A stretch of 64,000 nucleotides of DNA. Origin: Escherichia coli phage vB_EcoS_Ace. A program made the position numbers and the translations under genes. The notes under the pieces were generated by a model that had not been told where the DNA came from, searched no databases, and was given only the letters and a program-made list of their open reading frames with translations. Positions 45,588 through 56,500 of the stretch are shown piece after piece. How positions within the stretch are numbered: position 1 is the stretch's first letter; each line of letters starts with the position of its first letter. The stretch lies in sequence record MT833283.1. The stretch is one strand, 5' to 3'.

Positions 45588-45727
45588 TTATTGTATAATA
45601 TACACATAAATTTGAGAGAGAAAGTTTCGGATTGATAAGAAAGTCCGAAGCAGAAAAATAAAAATTGTACTTGTCAAATCCTCCCGATTTAATGTATAAT
45701 ATATACATAAATTGATGAGAGACAAAA

Positions 45728-46090
45728 ATGAAATTCTTTGATTACGAGAGAATTTACCTCTTAGCTAGAGGAAACTCCGACCTGATTGTCAAGCTATTTA
45801 ATAGAATGCTTGCAGAGCCTGATGCTCACCAGTTACTGGTCGGTTCTTCATTCATCTTGAATGAATCAACTATTGTTGATAACCCTTACAAATTGTCTAA
45901 TAGACAACTGGCAGAATATCTAGGAATTCTAAGTCTACGAAATTATGCCGAATATAAGTTTACAAACGATCCGAGTTTGGACATGCAATATGTCCCCATA
46001 TGGATACCACGTTCTGTAATCGACACTAACCCACTAATTGCAATCAATAAATCGAAGATAATCTTTAAAGAGGAAATAAAATATGGCTAA
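45728..46090 (+). CDS. hypothetical protein
   Basis: 120 aa ORF downstream of T5-type promoters at 45590-45720. Confidence 0.5.
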   Translation: MKFFDYERIYLLARGNSDLIVKLFNRMLAEPDAHQLLVGSSFILNESTIVDNPYKLSNRQLAEYLGILSLRNYAEYKFTNDPSLDMQYVPIWIPRSVIDTNPLIAINKSKIIFKEEIKYG

Positions 46091-46856
46091 GTCTTGGGGC
46101 GAAACTACTGGCGGTTCTAACGATAAAATCGACTTCCTGAAATTCAACAACGGTGTAACTCGTGTTCGTATCGTTTCTGGTGTTCTTCCACGTTATGTCT
46201 ACTGGCTGACTAACAAAGATGGTAATGCAGCTCCGTTTGAGTGCCTGCGTTTCAACCGTACTAAAGAGAGCTTCGTTCGCGGTAAAGCTGACCCGATTCA
46301 CGAAATGGGCTTCTTCGAGAAAGAGCTGGACAAAGATGGTAATCGTGTTCCGCTGAAACCGAAGAAAAACTACATCGCTTTCGTTATCGACCGTTCTGAT
46401 AACAAACTGAAAGTTATGGAAGTTAAAGCTACGATCCTGAAAGGCATCCAGTCTATCATGAAGCAGCTGAAACTGTCCGACCCGTTCGATATCGATATTT
46501 CTATCGAGAAGAAAGGTAAAGGCTTCGATACTGAGTACGATGTACAGCAGATCGCAGCAATGCAGTTCCAGATGGCTCTGAAAGATCCTACTAGCGCAGA
46601 AGCTAAACTGCACGCCGCAGATGCCGATATCCTCGGTGAAGCTATGTGTGATGATACTGGTGAGTTCATCAAGTTTGAAAAAGTTCCTTCTCTGGAAGAA
46701 ACCTACCCGGTTCCGTCCTACGAAGAGCAGAAAGAAGCTATTCTCGCCTTCATGGAAGGTCGTGAGAAGCAAGACGGCGGTGACGCTAAGTCTGGTGGTG
46801 ATGCTGGTTCTCAGAAAGGCATCGACGCTGAAGCTGCTAGCGATCTGGACGACTAA
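46083..46856 (+). CDS. single-stranded DNA-binding protein-like (acidic C-terminal tail)
   Basis: 257 aa; acidic C-terminus ...EAASDLDD typical of SSB tails; high-expression codon usage; inference only. Confidence 0.5.
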   Translation: MAKSWGETTGGSNDKIDFLKFNNGVTRVRIVSGVLPRYVYWLTNKDGNAAPFECLRFNRTKESFVRGKADPIHEMGFFEKELDKDGNRVPLKPKKNYIAFVIDRSDNKLKVMEVKATILKGIQSIMKQLKLSDPFDIDISIEKKGKGFDTEYDVQQIAAMQFQMALKDPTSAEAKLHAADADILGEAMCDDTGEFIKFEKVPSLEETYPVPSYEEQKEAILAFMEGREKQDGGDAKSGGDAGSQKGIDAEAASDLDD

Positions 46857-46895
46857 TAAACCAAGTGGAGCTACGGCTCCCTTTCTTTTTAACTT

Positions 46896-47873
46896 ATGAG
46901 AATACTATTTAGTGCTGATCATCATATCAAATTAGGACAAGATAAAGTTCCAAAGGAATGGCAGAAGCGTCGCTTCCTGATGCTAGGAGAACGGTTAAAT
47001 GACATATTCCATAATCATAACTGTGATCTGCATATTGCTGGTGGTGATATTCTTGATGTTGCCGACCCATCGTCGGAAGAAATAGAACTTCTTGAACAGT
47101 TCATGTCAAGACTTGACCATTCAGGCAAGATCTTCACTGGGAACCATGAAATGTTAACTAAAACTATTTCATGTCTGTATCATTATGCAGGAGTTATTAA
47201 TAAAGTAACAAACGGAAATTGGGAAGTCATTACTAAACCATATCGTTCTCCTGAATTTGATATTATCCCTTATGATGAAATCCACAAACCAAAGTGGAAA
47301 CCATCTGAGTCAAAACTATGTTTCACGCATGTTCGTGGTGAAATCCCTCCACATGTAAAACCAGAGATTGATCTAACGAGGTATAACTGTTATGACACTG
47401 TAATTGCTGGCGATTTACATTCTTATACTAATAGTCAAACTGTTGGTTCTACTAGACTTCTTTATCCAGGATCTCCATTAACTACATCGTTCCATAGAGA
47501 ACGAACAAAAGGTACAAATGGTTGTTTTATCATTGATACCGACACATTAAAAGTAGAATGGATTGAACTTGGTGACTTACCACAACTGATTCGTAAAACA
47601 ATCGGAGTTGGTGAGGAAATGGAGCCTAGTGACTATGACCGTGTAATTTATGAAGTCACTGGTGACGTCGTTCAGTTAAAGTCTATTAAAGATTCTGATC
47701 TCTTAGATAAAAAGATTAACCATCGAGTTACTAAAGATGCTAAGTTAAATCTTGTTGATCTTGATATGTTAGGCGAGCTTGAGCTTTACTTCCGTGAAGT
47801 TGAAAAGCTGCCTCAAGACGACATTGATAGAATCTTGGCTAGAGCTGCTAAATATGTCAAAGATTATAATTAA
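46896..47873 (+). CDS. SbcD/Mre11-like metallophosphoesterase nuclease subunit
   Basis: 325 aa; phosphoesterase motifs ILFSADHH, GGD, GNHE. Confidence 0.8.
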   Translation: MRILFSADHHIKLGQDKVPKEWQKRRFLMLGERLNDIFHNHNCDLHIAGGDILDVADPSSEEIELLEQFMSRLDHSGKIFTGNHEMLTKTISCLYHYAGVINKVTNGNWEVITKPYRSPEFDIIPYDEIHKPKWKPSESKLCFTHVRGEIPPHVKPEIDLTRYNCYDTVIAGDLHSYTNSQTVGSTRLLYPGSPLTTSFHRERTKGTNGCFIIDTDTLKVEWIELGDLPQLIRKTIGVGEEMEPSDYDRVIYEVTGDVVQLKSIKDSDLLDKKINHRVTKDAKLNLVDLDMLGELELYFREVEKLPQDDIDRILARAAKYVKDYN

Positions 47874-49692
47874 GACACTAAAATTCAGCAACGTTATGTC
47901 TTACGGTAAGGATATCGTAATTCATTTCGATAAGAATCCAGTTACTCAGTTAATCGGAGGAAACGGTCTAGGGAAGTCCACTATTGCTACTGTTATTGAG
48001 GAATTGTTTTATAACAAGAACTCACGTGGTATCAAGAAGGACGCCCTATTCTCTTGGGGTTCTCCGAAGAAAGAGTATGATATGCATGCTTACTTCTCGA
48101 AAGATGAAGATGAGTATGAATTGCATAAAGTAGTTAAATCAACTGCTAAGGTTACACTGATTAAGAATGGAGAAGATATCAGTGGACACACAGCAACTCA
48201 AACGTACAAGATGATTGAAGAGATTATGGGTGGTGACTTCCAAACATTCACTAAACTAATCTATCAATCTGTTGGTTCCAATCTAGACTTCCTCAAAGCA
48301 ACTGATGCAACACGTAAAGCTTTTCTTGTTAATCTGTTCAATCAGGAACAGTATAAAGAGATGTCAGAAACTATTAAGGCTGATCGTAAAGAAGTGGCAA
48401 GTACGTTAAGTAACTTGCAAGGCCAGATGGCCGTAATTACGAAGATCCTCAATGGAAAAGGTAATCTCGGAAGTTTACAGGAGCCAGTTGAAGTTCCAGA
48501 ATTTGATGAAGAACCGTTAGCACAAGAACTTACTGAATCGAAAATTAAGGCGGCATTAGCCAAGTCACAAGAGGCTAATATTACTAAACTCCGTAATTTG
48601 GACAAAGCTGTACAAGTTGCCGAACAATCTTTCGAGCCTTTCAAAAATTTCCCTGCGCCCACTGACCAATCTGAAGAGATCTCAAGTGTTACGCGTGACT
48701 TAACGATTGTTACCTCACGTGCGGGAGAAGTCAAGAAACGTTATCAGAAGTTTAAGCAAGAGGCTTCAAATACTGAATGTCCTACTTGTGGCACTCACCT
48801 TGATACAACTGCTGCTCAAAAAGCAATGGATATGGCTAGAACAGAATATGATCCTCTGTTTAAAGAGAAACAATCTCTTGAAGCTACATTGGAGCAGTTG
48901 AAGAAAGAACAAGTCGAGTACACTGCGTATACTAGAGCTAAGGATGCTTTGGATAAGGCAATAGCAGCTAGGGGCGAGTTCAAAAATTCAATGAGTGATG
49001 CTTCTTTTGAAGAACTCAATGTGCAAATCCTACAGGTGCAAATCCGACAATTAGAACAGGAAATCGCAGATGGACGTTCTAAAGTTGCAATTGCCAAAGA
49101 GCATAATGCAAATGTCGAGTTAGCCAATGCAAAGTATAAAGTGAAACTAGAACAGATTGAGAAAGCTGAGGCAGAAATGTCTGAGATAACGTCCAAACTG
49201 GATGGAGTATCAGAAGCTGTCGCTGATCTTGATATTCTGATAGCTGCATTGAAAAATCTGGTAGGATATAAACTAGAGCATAGTGTGAAAGTATTTGAGG
49301 AATTGATTAATAAATATCTTTCTATTATGACTGGTGGTAAGTTCGCACTTGGATTTGAGCTTGATGAAACTAAATTACAAGTAGTAATCTTCAATGATGG
49401 AAACCGTACCAGTATGGAGAACTGCTCTACTGGTCAGCAGAGTAGAATTAACCTAGCAACTCTGTTGGCAATTCGAATGCTGTTAACATCTATCAGCAAA
49501 GTTAATATTAATCTTCTATTCCTTGACGAAGTTATTAGCTTTATTGATACGAAAGGACTTGATACTCTTGTTGAACTATTAAATGAGGAAGATAGTCTGA
49601 ACTCTATCATTGTTTCTCATGGGCATACGCATCCATTAGCCCATAAGATTACTGTCAAAAAAGATGCAGAAGGATTTTCCTACTTAGAATAA
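47854..49692 (+). CDS. SbcC/Rad50-like ATPase
   Basis: Walker A GGNGLGKST, long coiled coil with CPTCG zinc-hook-like motif, C-terminal LLFLDE; start at ATG 47854 (MSKIIIKTLKF). Confidence 0.8.
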   Translation: MSKIIIKTLKFSNVMSYGKDIVIHFDKNPVTQLIGGNGLGKSTIATVIEELFYNKNSRGIKKDALFSWGSPKKEYDMHAYFSKDEDEYELHKVVKSTAKVTLIKNGEDISGHTATQTYKMIEEIMGGDFQTFTKLIYQSVGSNLDFLKATDATRKAFLVNLFNQEQYKEMSETIKADRKEVASTLSNLQGQMAVITKILNGKGNLGSLQEPVEVPEFDEEPLAQELTESKIKAALAKSQEANITKLRNLDKAVQVAEQSFEPFKNFPAPTDQSEEISSVTRDLTIVTSRAGEVKKRYQKFKQEASNTECPTCGTHLDTTAAQKAMDMARTEYDPLFKEKQSLEATLEQLKKEQVEYTAYTRAKDALDKAIAARGEFKNSMSDASFEELNVQILQVQIRQLEQEIADGRSKVAIAKEHNANVELANAKYKVKLEQIEKAEAEMSEITSKLDGVSEAVADLDILIAALKNLVGYKLEHSVKVFEELINKYLSIMTGGKFALGFELDETKLQVVIFNDGNRTSMENCSTGQQSRINLATLLAIRMLLTSISKVNINLLFLDEVISFIDTKGLDTLVELLNEEDSLNSIIVSHGHTHPLAHKITVKKDAEGFSYLE

Positions 49693-49695
49693 AAC

Positions 49696-50178
49696 ATGGC
49701 CGTAGATAGTAGAGAGAAAGGTAAACGTGGTGAATATCAGGTAAGAGATATACTGCGTGAACGTACAGGTCTTGAGTGGGAACGTGTTCCAGGCTCTGGT
49801 GCTTTTGGCCAGAGCCATGGACTGAAGGGTGACATCTACCTTCCACCACAAAGCGGACACATTAGTAAATACTGCTTCGAAGTTAAGTGGTATAAAGATG
49901 ATAACATATCAAGTAATTTATTTAACGTTGGTGAATCCACTCTAGAGAAGTGGTGGCAGCAGTGTTCCCGTGAAGGTGAACAGATGAACTCCAAACCAGC
50001 CTTAATATTCAAGAAAGACAGAGGACAGTGGTTAATTGCTTTGGATAGCTCAGACCCGATGGTTGACAACTTAATGAGTCGCACCCATATGGTGTTAAAT
50101 AAGAAAGACATGGAAATCGTAATCGGGTTATTCGAACCGTGGTTACATCACGCATCTGTTGAGGACTTAATTAAATAA
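49696..50178 (+). CDS. putative PD-(D/E)xK nuclease (Holliday-junction-resolvase-like)
   Basis: 160 aa; E...GDIY...FEVKWYK consistent with a PD-(D/E)xK core; tentative. Confidence 0.5.
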   Translation: MAVDSREKGKRGEYQVRDILRERTGLEWERVPGSGAFGQSHGLKGDIYLPPQSGHISKYCFEVKWYKDDNISSNLFNVGESTLEKWWQQCSREGEQMNSKPALIFKKDRGQWLIALDSSDPMVDNLMSRTHMVLNKKDMEIVIGLFEPWLHHASVEDLIK

Positions 50179-51053
50179 TGAGTAAATCCTGGGGAAAATT
50201 TATTGAAGAGGAAGAAGCTGAGCTGGCTTCTCGTCGCAACCTAATGATTGTTGATGGAACTAACTTGGGCTTCCGCTTCAAACATAATAATAGTAAGAAA
50301 CCATTCGCATCAAGTTATGTTTCTACAATTCAATCTCTCGCAAAATCCTATTCAGCTAGAACCACAATCGTTCTCGGTGATAAAGGAAAGTCTGTATTCC
50401 GTTTAGAGCATCTTCCTGATTACAAAGGGAACCGTGATGAAAAGTATGCTCAACGTACAGAAGAAGAGAAAGCACTAGATGAACAGTTCTTCGAGTATCT
50501 TCGTGATGCTTTCGAGTTGTGTGAAACCACATTCCCAACTTTCACTATTCGTGGTGTAGAAGCAGACGATATGGCAGCTTATATTGTTAAGCTCATTGGT
50601 CATTTATATGATCACGTTTGGCTGATCTCTACTGATGGTGACTGGGATACTCTATTAACTGATCGAGTTTCTCGCTTCTCCTTCACCACACGTCGTGAGT
50701 ACCATCTTCGTGATATGTATGAACACCATAACGTTGATGATGTTGACCAATTTATCTCTCTGAAAGCAATTATGGGAGATCTCGGTGATAACATCCGTGG
50801 TGTTGAGGGCATTGGTGCAAAACGTGGTTATAACATTATCCGTGAATTTGGTAATGTTCTGGATATTATTGATCAACTCCCTCTGCCTGGAAAACAGAAG
50901 TATATACAGAATCTGAACGCATCGGAGGAGTTGCTTTTCCGAAACTTGATTCTGGTTGATTTGCCGACCTATTGTGTAGATGCTATTGCTGCTGTGGGTC
51001 AAGACGTATTAGATAAGTTTACGAAAGATATTTTGGAGATCGCAGGACAATGA
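50178..51053 (+). CDS. flap endonuclease / 5'-3' exonuclease (T5 D15-like)
   Basis: 291 aa; FEN N-terminal motif LMIVDGTNLGFRF, acidic active-site residues, HhH-like GIGAKRG. Confidence 0.85.
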   Translation: MSKSWGKFIEEEEAELASRRNLMIVDGTNLGFRFKHNNSKKPFASSYVSTIQSLAKSYSARTTIVLGDKGKSVFRLEHLPDYKGNRDEKYAQRTEEEKALDEQFFEYLRDAFELCETTFPTFTIRGVEADDMAAYIVKLIGHLYDHVWLISTDGDWDTLLTDRVSRFSFTTRREYHLRDMYEHHNVDDVDQFISLKAIMGDLGDNIRGVEGIGAKRGYNIIREFGNVLDIIDQLPLPGKQKYIQNLNASEELLFRNLILVDLPTYCVDAIAAVGQDVLDKFTKDILEIAGQ

Positions 51054-51496
51054 TTAAAATTAAACTAACTCATCCAGATTGCATGCCGAAGATTGGTTCT
51101 GATGATGCCGCAGGTATGGATCTGCGTGCATTCTTTGGTACTAACCTTGCAGCAGATTTACGTGCTATTGCACCAGGCAAATCCCTTATGATCGACACCG
51201 GTGTCGCGGTGGAAATTCCGCGAGGTTGGTTTGGTCTGGTAGTTCCTCGCAGCTCTTTAGGTAAGCGTAAACTAATGATCGCAAATACCGCAGGAGTGAT
51301 CGACTCAGACTACCGTGGTACTATTAAGATGAACCTGTTTAACTACGGTTCTGAAATGCAAACTCTGGAGAATTTCGAGAGACTTTGTCAGCTAGTAGTA
51401 CTACCACACTACTCAACTCATCATTTTGAAATCGTTGACGAACTAGAGGAGACTGATCGTGGAGAAGGCGGCTTTGGAAGCTCAGGAAGTAAATAA
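51050..51496 (+). CDS. dut: dUTPase
   Basis: 148 aa; dUTPase motifs AGMDLRA, GVIDSDYRG, C-terminal RGEGGFGSSG. Confidence 0.85.
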   Translation: MIKIKLTHPDCMPKIGSDDAAGMDLRAFFGTNLAADLRAIAPGKSLMIDTGVAVEIPRGWFGLVVPRSSLGKRKLMIANTAGVIDSDYRGTIKMNLFNYGSEMQTLENFERLCQLVVLPHYSTHHFEIVDELEETDRGEGGFGSSGSK

Positions 51497-51722
51497 TTAT
51501 TCAGATCTTAATATGGTAGGTAATTTTGAGCAGTCAAATACTTATCATGTAGCAGTTGCTGAACCTAATCTGAATAACGTGGTTCTTAAAGTAGACCGTG
51601 AAGGTAATGTAATCCATTGGGATGAAGACGCTTTTGTCGAATTGTGTAGTAAGTCTGAAGATCCTACACTCAGAGCTATGTTAGCAGTATTTAATTTAGG
51701 TGTTATTGCCGGAAGTAGATAA
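51459..51722 (+). CDS. hypothetical protein (start uncertain)
   Basis: 87 aa ORF overlapping the dut 3' end; last plus-strand ORF before the terminator. Confidence 0.4.
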   Translation: MEKAALEAQEVNNYSDLNMVGNFEQSNTYHVAVAEPNLNNVVLKVDREGNVIHWDEDAFVELCSKSEDPTLRAMLAVFNLGVIAGSR

Positions 51723-51726
51723 TAAT

Positions 51727-51757
51727 AAACCCCAGTGGACAATCCACTGGGGTTTTC
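51727..51757. terminator. bidirectional rho-independent terminator at the early/late strand switch
   Basis: Perfect hairpin AAACCCCAGTGG-ACAA-TCCACTGGGGTTTT with T/A runs on both sides, between convergent gene blocks. Confidence 0.7.
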
Positions 51758-51759
51758 TT

Positions 51760-53526
51760 TTACTTAGTGAGTAGTTGTTTTACTAATTCCTTGAGTTCAT
51801 CAATTTCTTGCCTCTGTTGCTCAACAATCCCATTAAGTTCGTTAACAGCGCTAACTAGAAGAGCAGAAACACCACCATAACTAACACCAAGATAACCGTC
51901 TTGGCTTACTTGGTATACAGCTTCAGGTAATACTTTCTGGAGATCCTGAGCAATAATACCTGCTTCCATAGAATAATCTTTGCTTTCAGGGTCATCAATA
52001 TTAGTTCGTTTCTGGTAAGTATAGCCGCATAACAGCTTAACCTTACTTAGAGAATCTTCGATCTTAGTAAGATTAGACTTAGTTCTAATATCAGAAACGT
52101 TAATCCAGTTAGATGCTCTAGCTCCCCCATCACTATGGAAATAGAATCTGGAAGCACCTGTCATTATATCCAGTTCAGAAGTGCCATCCCCCCATAGGAT
52201 ACCATCAACGTTACAAGCGTATCCCTTTCCAGGAATAGTTACTTTGGCAATACCTACAGCTACATCAGTAGTGTTACCATCTACGCTAACAGCTACAGGC
52301 CTATAAGACCAACTAGATAGAGCACCCCCATTAATTTTACAACCATAACCATACGACCAATCCCCTCCTTTATAGTCAGGCAGGTATACTGAGTCGAAAA
52401 TTACTTGCTGACGTGTGCCAAGAGATAAGTTATTACGGGCAGTATTAACATCTGTACCTCCTGTACCTCCCGAAGCAATAGGTAGAGGTTTTCTAATAGC
52501 AGCAGACTTATCGTAGACACCCCAATCTCCTGCAGCATATACAAAGAAATAGGTATCTTTATCCGGAGCCCAAAGCATTGATTGTTCCCCCGCTCTATCT
52601 ACCTGGTCTACTAAGAGATTCTCTCTTGCCTTAGCCACTGTAGTAGCTCCTGTCCCTCCATTTGTAATAGGAACGGTAGACTGACCGTTAAATTGTTTTT
52701 GCCACGGCAACCAGTTACCAGTACCGTTTAGTATAGTAAGCCATGAGCTTCCAGATTTTCCTACCGCCTTCAATATACCGTATTGGGCGAAGCCATCAAT
52801 ATCTGTACTATGACAGTGAAAATTAAAAGTCCACCAATCCTCGTCTACTGGAGGACCAAAGGTAATTAGGTTACCTGAAGAGTAGTAACCACTTTGCCCG
52901 GTAGCACCAATAAAACCAAGAACATTACTGTTAGGAGGAATAGGTACAGCAGTAGCCCCTACAGGAACATCTAGATTTTTTCTTGCTGTTTTAGCATCAG
53001 AAGCCCCTGTTCCACCGAACTGCACTTTCATGGCCTGGACGGCAGCGGTAGAACTATTGATTAATCCAAAGTCTCCGCTATTATAAACGAATAAAGAATA
53101 TTTTCCATCAGGAGACGTAATAAAGGTACCATTATCCTGCTGTCTTAAACGATCTATTTGTAAAGCTGTTTTTGCCTCTAATAAGGTGCTAGCACCTGTA
53201 CCACCCTGAGCAATAGTAATAGCCTTAGTCAGTGCGTTTAATTCTGTAATATCGTTATTAGCACCTTTTGCCGCCTTCGTACCTAGGTTAGTGTTAATAC
53301 CGCCAATAGCAGTATTGATATTACCTATTGATTCGTTAATACTATTAATATATGCGTCAGTAGCAGTCTTATCAGTAGTATATTTTGTAAGCTGTAGATA
53401 TTTAGAGGTTAGTACAACAGCACCAGCCTCCCCATCAACAGAGAAAACACCAGCAACCGCCGCATCTCTGTTAACAACAACATAGGGGGCCATAGCCCCA
53501 CTTTTTGGCATTAATTGTCTAGACAT
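51760..53526 (-). CDS. tail fibre protein with C-terminal intramolecular chaperone (S74-type) domain, LtfB-like
   Basis: 588 aa; repeated GGTGAS/GGTGAT motifs; C-terminal SDIRTKSN...GIIAQDLQKVLPEAV plus terminal coiled coil. Confidence 0.7.
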   Translation of the reverse strand: MSRQLMPKSGAMAPYVVVNRDAAVAGVFSVDGEAGAVVLTSKYLQLTKYTTDKTATDAYINSINESIGNINTAIGGINTNLGTKAAKGANNDITELNALTKAITIAQGGTGASTLLEAKTALQIDRLRQQDNGTFITSPDGKYSLFVYNSGDFGLINSSTAAVQAMKVQFGGTGASDAKTARKNLDVPVGATAVPIPPNSNVLGFIGATGQSGYYSSGNLITFGPPVDEDWWTFNFHCHSTDIDGFAQYGILKAVGKSGSSWLTILNGTGNWLPWQKQFNGQSTVPITNGGTGATTVAKARENLLVDQVDRAGEQSMLWAPDKDTYFFVYAAGDWGVYDKSAAIRKPLPIASGGTGGTDVNTARNNLSLGTRQQVIFDSVYLPDYKGGDWSYGYGCKINGGALSSWSYRPVAVSVDGNTTDVAVGIAKVTIPGKGYACNVDGILWGDGTSELDIMTGASRFYFHSDGGARASNWINVSDIRTKSNLTKIEDSLSKVKLLCGYTYQKRTNIDDPESKDYSMEAGIIAQDLQKVLPEAVYQVSQDGYLGVSYGGVSALLVSAVNELNGIVEQQRQEIDELKELVKQLLTK

Positions 53527-53573
53527 TTTATTACCTTTATAGGGGCTTTCATAAGCCCCCTATTATACTTTTT

Positions 53574-56500
53574 TTATACTGGAGTTAAGGCAGCTACAAC
53601 TTGTTTGAGTTGTTCTAACTCTTGTTCTAAAGTATTCATTTTATTACCCATGTACACCATAGCACAAGCCATATCCGTTAGAATAACGTTACTATCAAGA
53701 GCAAGTGTGTCATCAGCTCTATCGGTTTCAATTTGACGATCCACATATTCGTTACCATCCGTGTCAACTCCAATTACGTCTTCAAAAACTGGAGAGCCAG
53801 GTACGATTTTTACATATTGAAGATCTATTTTTGCAAGATCCTGGGCTATAAGACCATAACGTTGAGTATCGCCCCACTTATATTTAAACATAGTAGGCAA
53901 CCACTGCATAACACGGTCATAACTTTCCTTTCCATCTGTGTAAATAATTTCTTTCTTTAAGTCACGGTCTGAAGTTGGGTTTTTTGCAAAATCATAACCA
54001 ACTCCCCACATATCCCCGGGCGCGTTTGCCCATGTTCCTAAACTACCATCTACGTTAAATTCAAATCCTCTATGTTTATCGTTATCACCTAGCAGCTTGA
54101 GTATTGTCCTGGACCATCCAGCGGCGCCCGGGGACAACATACCAATTGCGAAACGTATGTTATAACCGTTTGGAGTTGAAGTGCCTCCCGCGACTACCGG
54201 ACTGAATGATGCGTTATTGTTAGTTGTACTCACTGAATTGAATGGAATTCCATTACCACTATCGTACTGCTCAATACCCCAACCATGAATGTTACCCACA
54301 GTGCCAGCATTAAATGCACGCGCTTTATGGTAGCCTGTTGGATAGAAATCAAAGTCCGCCACATCAATACTAGGACTATAAACTCTTAAACGATGACATT
54401 TAATCTTGTCTGAACCAGATCTAACAGCACCGGATATTGACATATCATTATACCAGTTATACCTAGTAAAGTTAGCCCAATCATCCAAAGGAACACTAGC
54501 CCCGGCATAAAGCTCAAGATTGTTTCGCTCACCTCCTTCCATTGTAAAAGCGTAGTTAGCACCAATTTTTATTTTCTGAGCACTAAATTGACCATTTTCG
54601 TCAAACTGGTAGAAGGCTGTTTTATCGGTGGTTGAGTTTGTAGTCCTTATTGTTGTTTTCGCTACACCAGATTGAAGTTCGTTGTAAATAGAGGAATAAG
54701 AAATTAAGTTTCTAGAAGCATCGTGATTCCTCATATATAACAGACCAGAATTGAATCCATTATATAAGCTAGCAGCAACTTCGGCAAAGCTAGGTGTATT
54801 AGTTTCTCCTAATTCTATGTTAGCCCTTGCACCTGCTGCATTCGTCGCCCCTGTACCTCCATTATTAATAGCTAGAATTCCCTGGGTATCATTATTTAAA
54901 TCAGGCTTATTTGCTGAACCGTATAGAATATTAGTATGGATAGTAGGATTTTCACTATCTAATTGATTATCATTTATAGTCCCGACAAAAACAATACCAC
55001 TAGAGTATTGGGGGCAAATAAATGAGTGAGTATCTGCAGTTTTAGAGTAAAATCCTGCAGAATACGCCGGTAGCCCACCTATTCCTATGTCGTTTCTATA
55101 GTAGCCAGAACCAAAAGCTCTCATAGCTTTAAAAAGAGATACTAAATCAGGCTCGTTTAAAGTGAGTCCTGCACCACCTAAGCCAAAAGCACCACGAAGT
55201 AAAACCTCACCATTAATGCCATCCCAAACATTCTTAGTAACAACGTTACCTAGAGAAATATTACCACTCTCGTCTGGGCGAATAGTTCCGTTAACCATTG
55301 CTACATAAGGAAGTTTAATAGCTCCGGTATCATCAGCAGGACCAATTCCATTCACAGTAGTGATATAAGGAATCTGTTCCTTAATAGCACCGCCGTCTTC
55401 TTCTCCCTTAGTAGGTGCACGAAAAGCCTGCCCTTGCATCATATCTGGTAGGCGGAATGTGGTAGAACCGTCACCAGTGGAGAAGTAGAGAGTTGCACCG
55501 GCTTGCCATTCAGCTTCTGAAACAGAAGGAATTAGACCAGCTTCGATGGCTTCCCAAGTATCAGGATAGTCAACACGAAGTACTTCACGGCCATCAGCAG
55601 GTAGAACACCAGGGTAACCAACACCTGAATCCTTGTTATAAGGGAACCAAGTAACTTCACCCAACCATAGAGAAGGGTTACCACCCGGAAGTGTAATCTG
55701 TACGTTACCTGCATCATCTGCATGAACGTTGTTGATTGATACGAGTTTTTGCTCGGTTTCTACTAACTCTAGGACAGGAGCTTCAGCAGTACCAGCAACT
55801 TTATACCAACCGTACTTTGAATCAGTTTGATTCCAGACTAGAACCTTTTCGTCTAGAACACGGTTTGCAACATCAGCATCAGCTTCTGCTTTCGTCTTAT
55901 AAACTTTGATAAAACCAGAAATATCTACTTTATCAAGTTTACCATCAACAACCTGAGTAGCACGATCTGCCTCAGCTTTAGCACGATCTGCCTCAGTAGT
56001 AGCATCGATAGCTTTATCGCCAGCTTCAGTAGCAGAACCAGCAGCATTAGTTTCAGAAATCTTAGCGTTTAGTTCTGATTGCTTAGCAGCAGCAGCATGC
56101 TCACCAGCAGTTGTTGCAGCAGCATCGGCTCCTTCTTTAGCAGTTTCTGCACCAGTTTGTGCAGTTTCAGCGGCTACTTGAGCTTGTTGAGCAGCAGTTT
56201 TAGCTTGTTCGGCTAGTTCTCTACTTCTTTCAGCATTTTGAGCAGCTAACTGAGCCGCATCTTTGTGTGTGCCGGCTTCTGTAGCAGATGCAGCGGATTC
56301 TTCAGCGCTAGCCTTAGATAATCCAGCTTGTCTCTCAGATTCCGTAGCAGAAGTAGCTGCTTGAGTAGCAGAAGCTTCAGAAGAATCAGCGTAAATAGCA
56401 GCTCTATTTTCTGAGTCTCTAGCGTTAGTTTCAGATAATTTTGCTGCAATTTCAGAATCTTTTGCTGCCGCAGCAGAAGCAGCAGAGGCTTCTACAGCAG

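Noticed and set aside
46065-46772. 235-aa minus-strand ORF
   Set aside because: Antisense to the SSB-like gene in a block where all real genes are on the plus strand; translation has no recognisable features.
48816-49394. 192-aa minus-strand ORF
   Set aside because: Antisense to the SbcC/Rad50-like coiled-coil region; Ser/Ala-rich low-complexity translation.
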